The notes under the pieces: model-generated | The model's database searches: none | What the model was told of the DNA's origin: nothing | Seen by the model: only the letters and a program-made list of their open reading frames with translations | Shown here: positions 62,001-64,000 of the stretch, one piece after another | Position numbering within the stretch: position 1 is the first letter of the stretch | Layout of the letters: each line of letters starts with the position of its first letter | Origin: Nemertoderma westbladi | Lineage: Eukaryota > Animalia > Xenacoelomorpha | DNA: 64,000 nt | Direction of reading: 5' to 3' | NCBI GenBank assembly: GCA_032718475.1 | Contig: JAUCBJ010007667.1 | Span: 63,825 to 127,824, forward strand | Program-made: the position numbers and the translations under genes

Positions 62001-64000
62001 AACCGACTGTTTCACATTGAGGAACCGAATGTTTCACATTGAAGAACCGACTGTACAGAGGAACTGACTGTTTCACACTGAGGAACCGACTGTTTCACAT
62101 TGAGGAACCGAATGTTTCACATTGAGGAACCGACTGTTTCACACTGAGGAACCGACTGTTTCAGATTGAGGAACCGACTGTTTCACATTGAGGAACCGAC
62201 TGTTTCACATTGAAGAACCGACTGTACAGAGGAACTGACTGTTTCACACTGAGGAACCGACTGTTTCACATTGAGGAACCGACTGTTTCACATTGAGGAA
62301 CCGAATGTTTCACATTGAAGAACCGACTGTACAGAGGAACTGACTGTTTCACACTGAGGAACCGACTGTTTCACATTGAGGAACCGAATGTTTCACATTG
62401 AGGAACCGACTGTTTCACACTGAGGAACCGACTGTTTCAGATTGAGGAACCGACTGTTTCACATTGAGGAACCGACTGTTTCACATTGAAGAACCGACTG
62501 TACAGAGGAACTGACTGTTTCACACTGAGGAACCGACTGTTTCACATTGAGGAACCGACTGTTTCACATTGAGGAACCGAATGTTTCACATTGAAGAACC
62601 GACTGTACAGAGGAACTGACTGTTTCACACTGAGGAACCGACTGTTTCACATTGAGGAACCGAATGTTTCACATTGAGGAACCGACTGTTTCACACTGAG
62701 GAACCGACTGTTTCAGATTGAGGAACCGACTGTTTCACATTGAGGAACCGACTGTTTCACATTGAAGAACCGACTGTACAGAGGAACTGACTGTTTCACA
62801 CTGAGGAACCGACTGTTTCACATTGAGGAACCGAATGTTTCACATTGAGGAACCGACTGTTTCACACTGAGGAACCGACTGTTTCAGATTGAGGAACCGA
62901 CTGTTTCACATTGAGGAACCGACTGTTTCACATTGAAGAACCGACTGTACAGAGGAACTGACTGTTTCACACTGAGGAACCGACTGTTTCACATTGAGGA
63001 ACCGACTGTTTCACATTGAGGAACCGAATGTTTCACATTGAAGAACCGACTGTACAGAGGAACTGACTGTTTCACACTGAGGAACCGACTGTTTCACACT
63101 GAGGAACCGACTGTTTCAGATTGAGGAACCGAATGTTTCACATTGAGGAACCGACTGTTTCACACTGAGGAACCGACTGTTTCAGATTGAGGAACCGACT
63201 GTTTCACATTGAGGAACCGACTGTTTCACATTGAAGAACCGACTGTACAGAGGAACTGACTGTTTCACACTGAGGAACCGACTGTTTCACACTGAGGAAC
63301 CGACTGTTTCAGATTGAGGAACCGACTGTTTCACATTGAGGAACCGACTGTTTCACATTGAAGAACCGACTGTACAGAGGAACTGACTGTTTCACACTGA
63401 GGAACCGACTGTTTCACATTGAGGAACCGAATGTTTCACACTGAGGAACCGACTGTTTCACATTGAGGAACCGACTGTTTCACACTGAGGAACCGACTGT
63501 TTCAGATTGAGGAACCGACTGTTTCACATTGAGGAACCGACTGTTTCACATTGAAGAACCGACTGTACAGAGGAACTGACTGTTTCACACTGAGGAACCG
63601 ACTGTTTAACACTGAGGAACCGACTGTTTCACACTGAGGAACCGACTGTTTCACATTGAGGAACCGACTGTTTCACACTGAGGAACCGACTGTTTCAGAT
63701 TGAGGAACCGACTGTTTCACATTGAGGAACCGACTGTTTCACATTGAAGAACCGACTGTACAGAGGAACTGACTGTTTCACACTGAGGAACCGACTGTTT
63801 CACATTGAAGAACCGACTGTACAGAGGAACTGACTGTTTCACACTGAGGAACCGACTGTTTCACATTGAGGAACCGACTGTTTCACATTGAGGAACCAAC
63901 TGTTTCACATTGAAGAGCCGACTGTTTCACATTGAGGAACCGACTGTTTCACATTCAAGAACCGACTGTTTCACATTGAGGAACCGACTGTTTCACATTG
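47045..64000. repeat. 22-bp satellite (GAGGAACCGACTGTTTCACA[T/C]T), about 17 kb, runs off the window
   Basis: Uninterrupted tandem array of roughly 770 monomers (length/22), with point variants and a 17-bp deletion variant. Confidence 0.99.

Noticed and set aside
47045-64000. Telomeric array or repetitive protein-coding exon
   Set aside because: Not a TTAGGG/TTAGG repeat; TGA in the 22-bp unit on both strands closes all reading frames.

Overview
Eukaryotic (invertebrate animal-type) genomic DNA, not prokaryotic. It holds two protein-coding genes in divergent orientation. One is a striatin (STRN/Cka family) gene on the minus strand, with only two coding exons (7638-5938 and 5796-5203, about 764 aa). 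The other is an intronless frizzled 5/8 gene on the plus strand (34915-36606). The rest is AT-rich non-coding DNA containing a nest of decayed RTE-clade LINEs (21.5-25.3 kb, one with a clean 13-bp TSD), a non-autonomous hAT element, and a family of small non-autonomous elements that share a core but have different ends. There are also several transposon-associated minisatellites and three large tandem arrays: a 16/17-bp array at 8.4-10.8 kb, a GT-rich 26-bp-derived array at 28.4-33.5 kb, and a 22-bp satellite from 47.0 kb to the window end. The most unusual object is a ~370-bp TSD-flanked insert at 7770-8140. It carries an internal tRNA-like cloverleaf clamped by inverted repeats, plus a 43-bp terminal hairpin whose inverted arm reads across the element's own end-to-start junction, which suggests a tandem or circular template. 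Also notable are four exact PBX-PREP/MEIS decamers within 6 kb and a patch dense in micro-duplications at 26.5-27.8 kb. Everything was read by eye, with no database searches.
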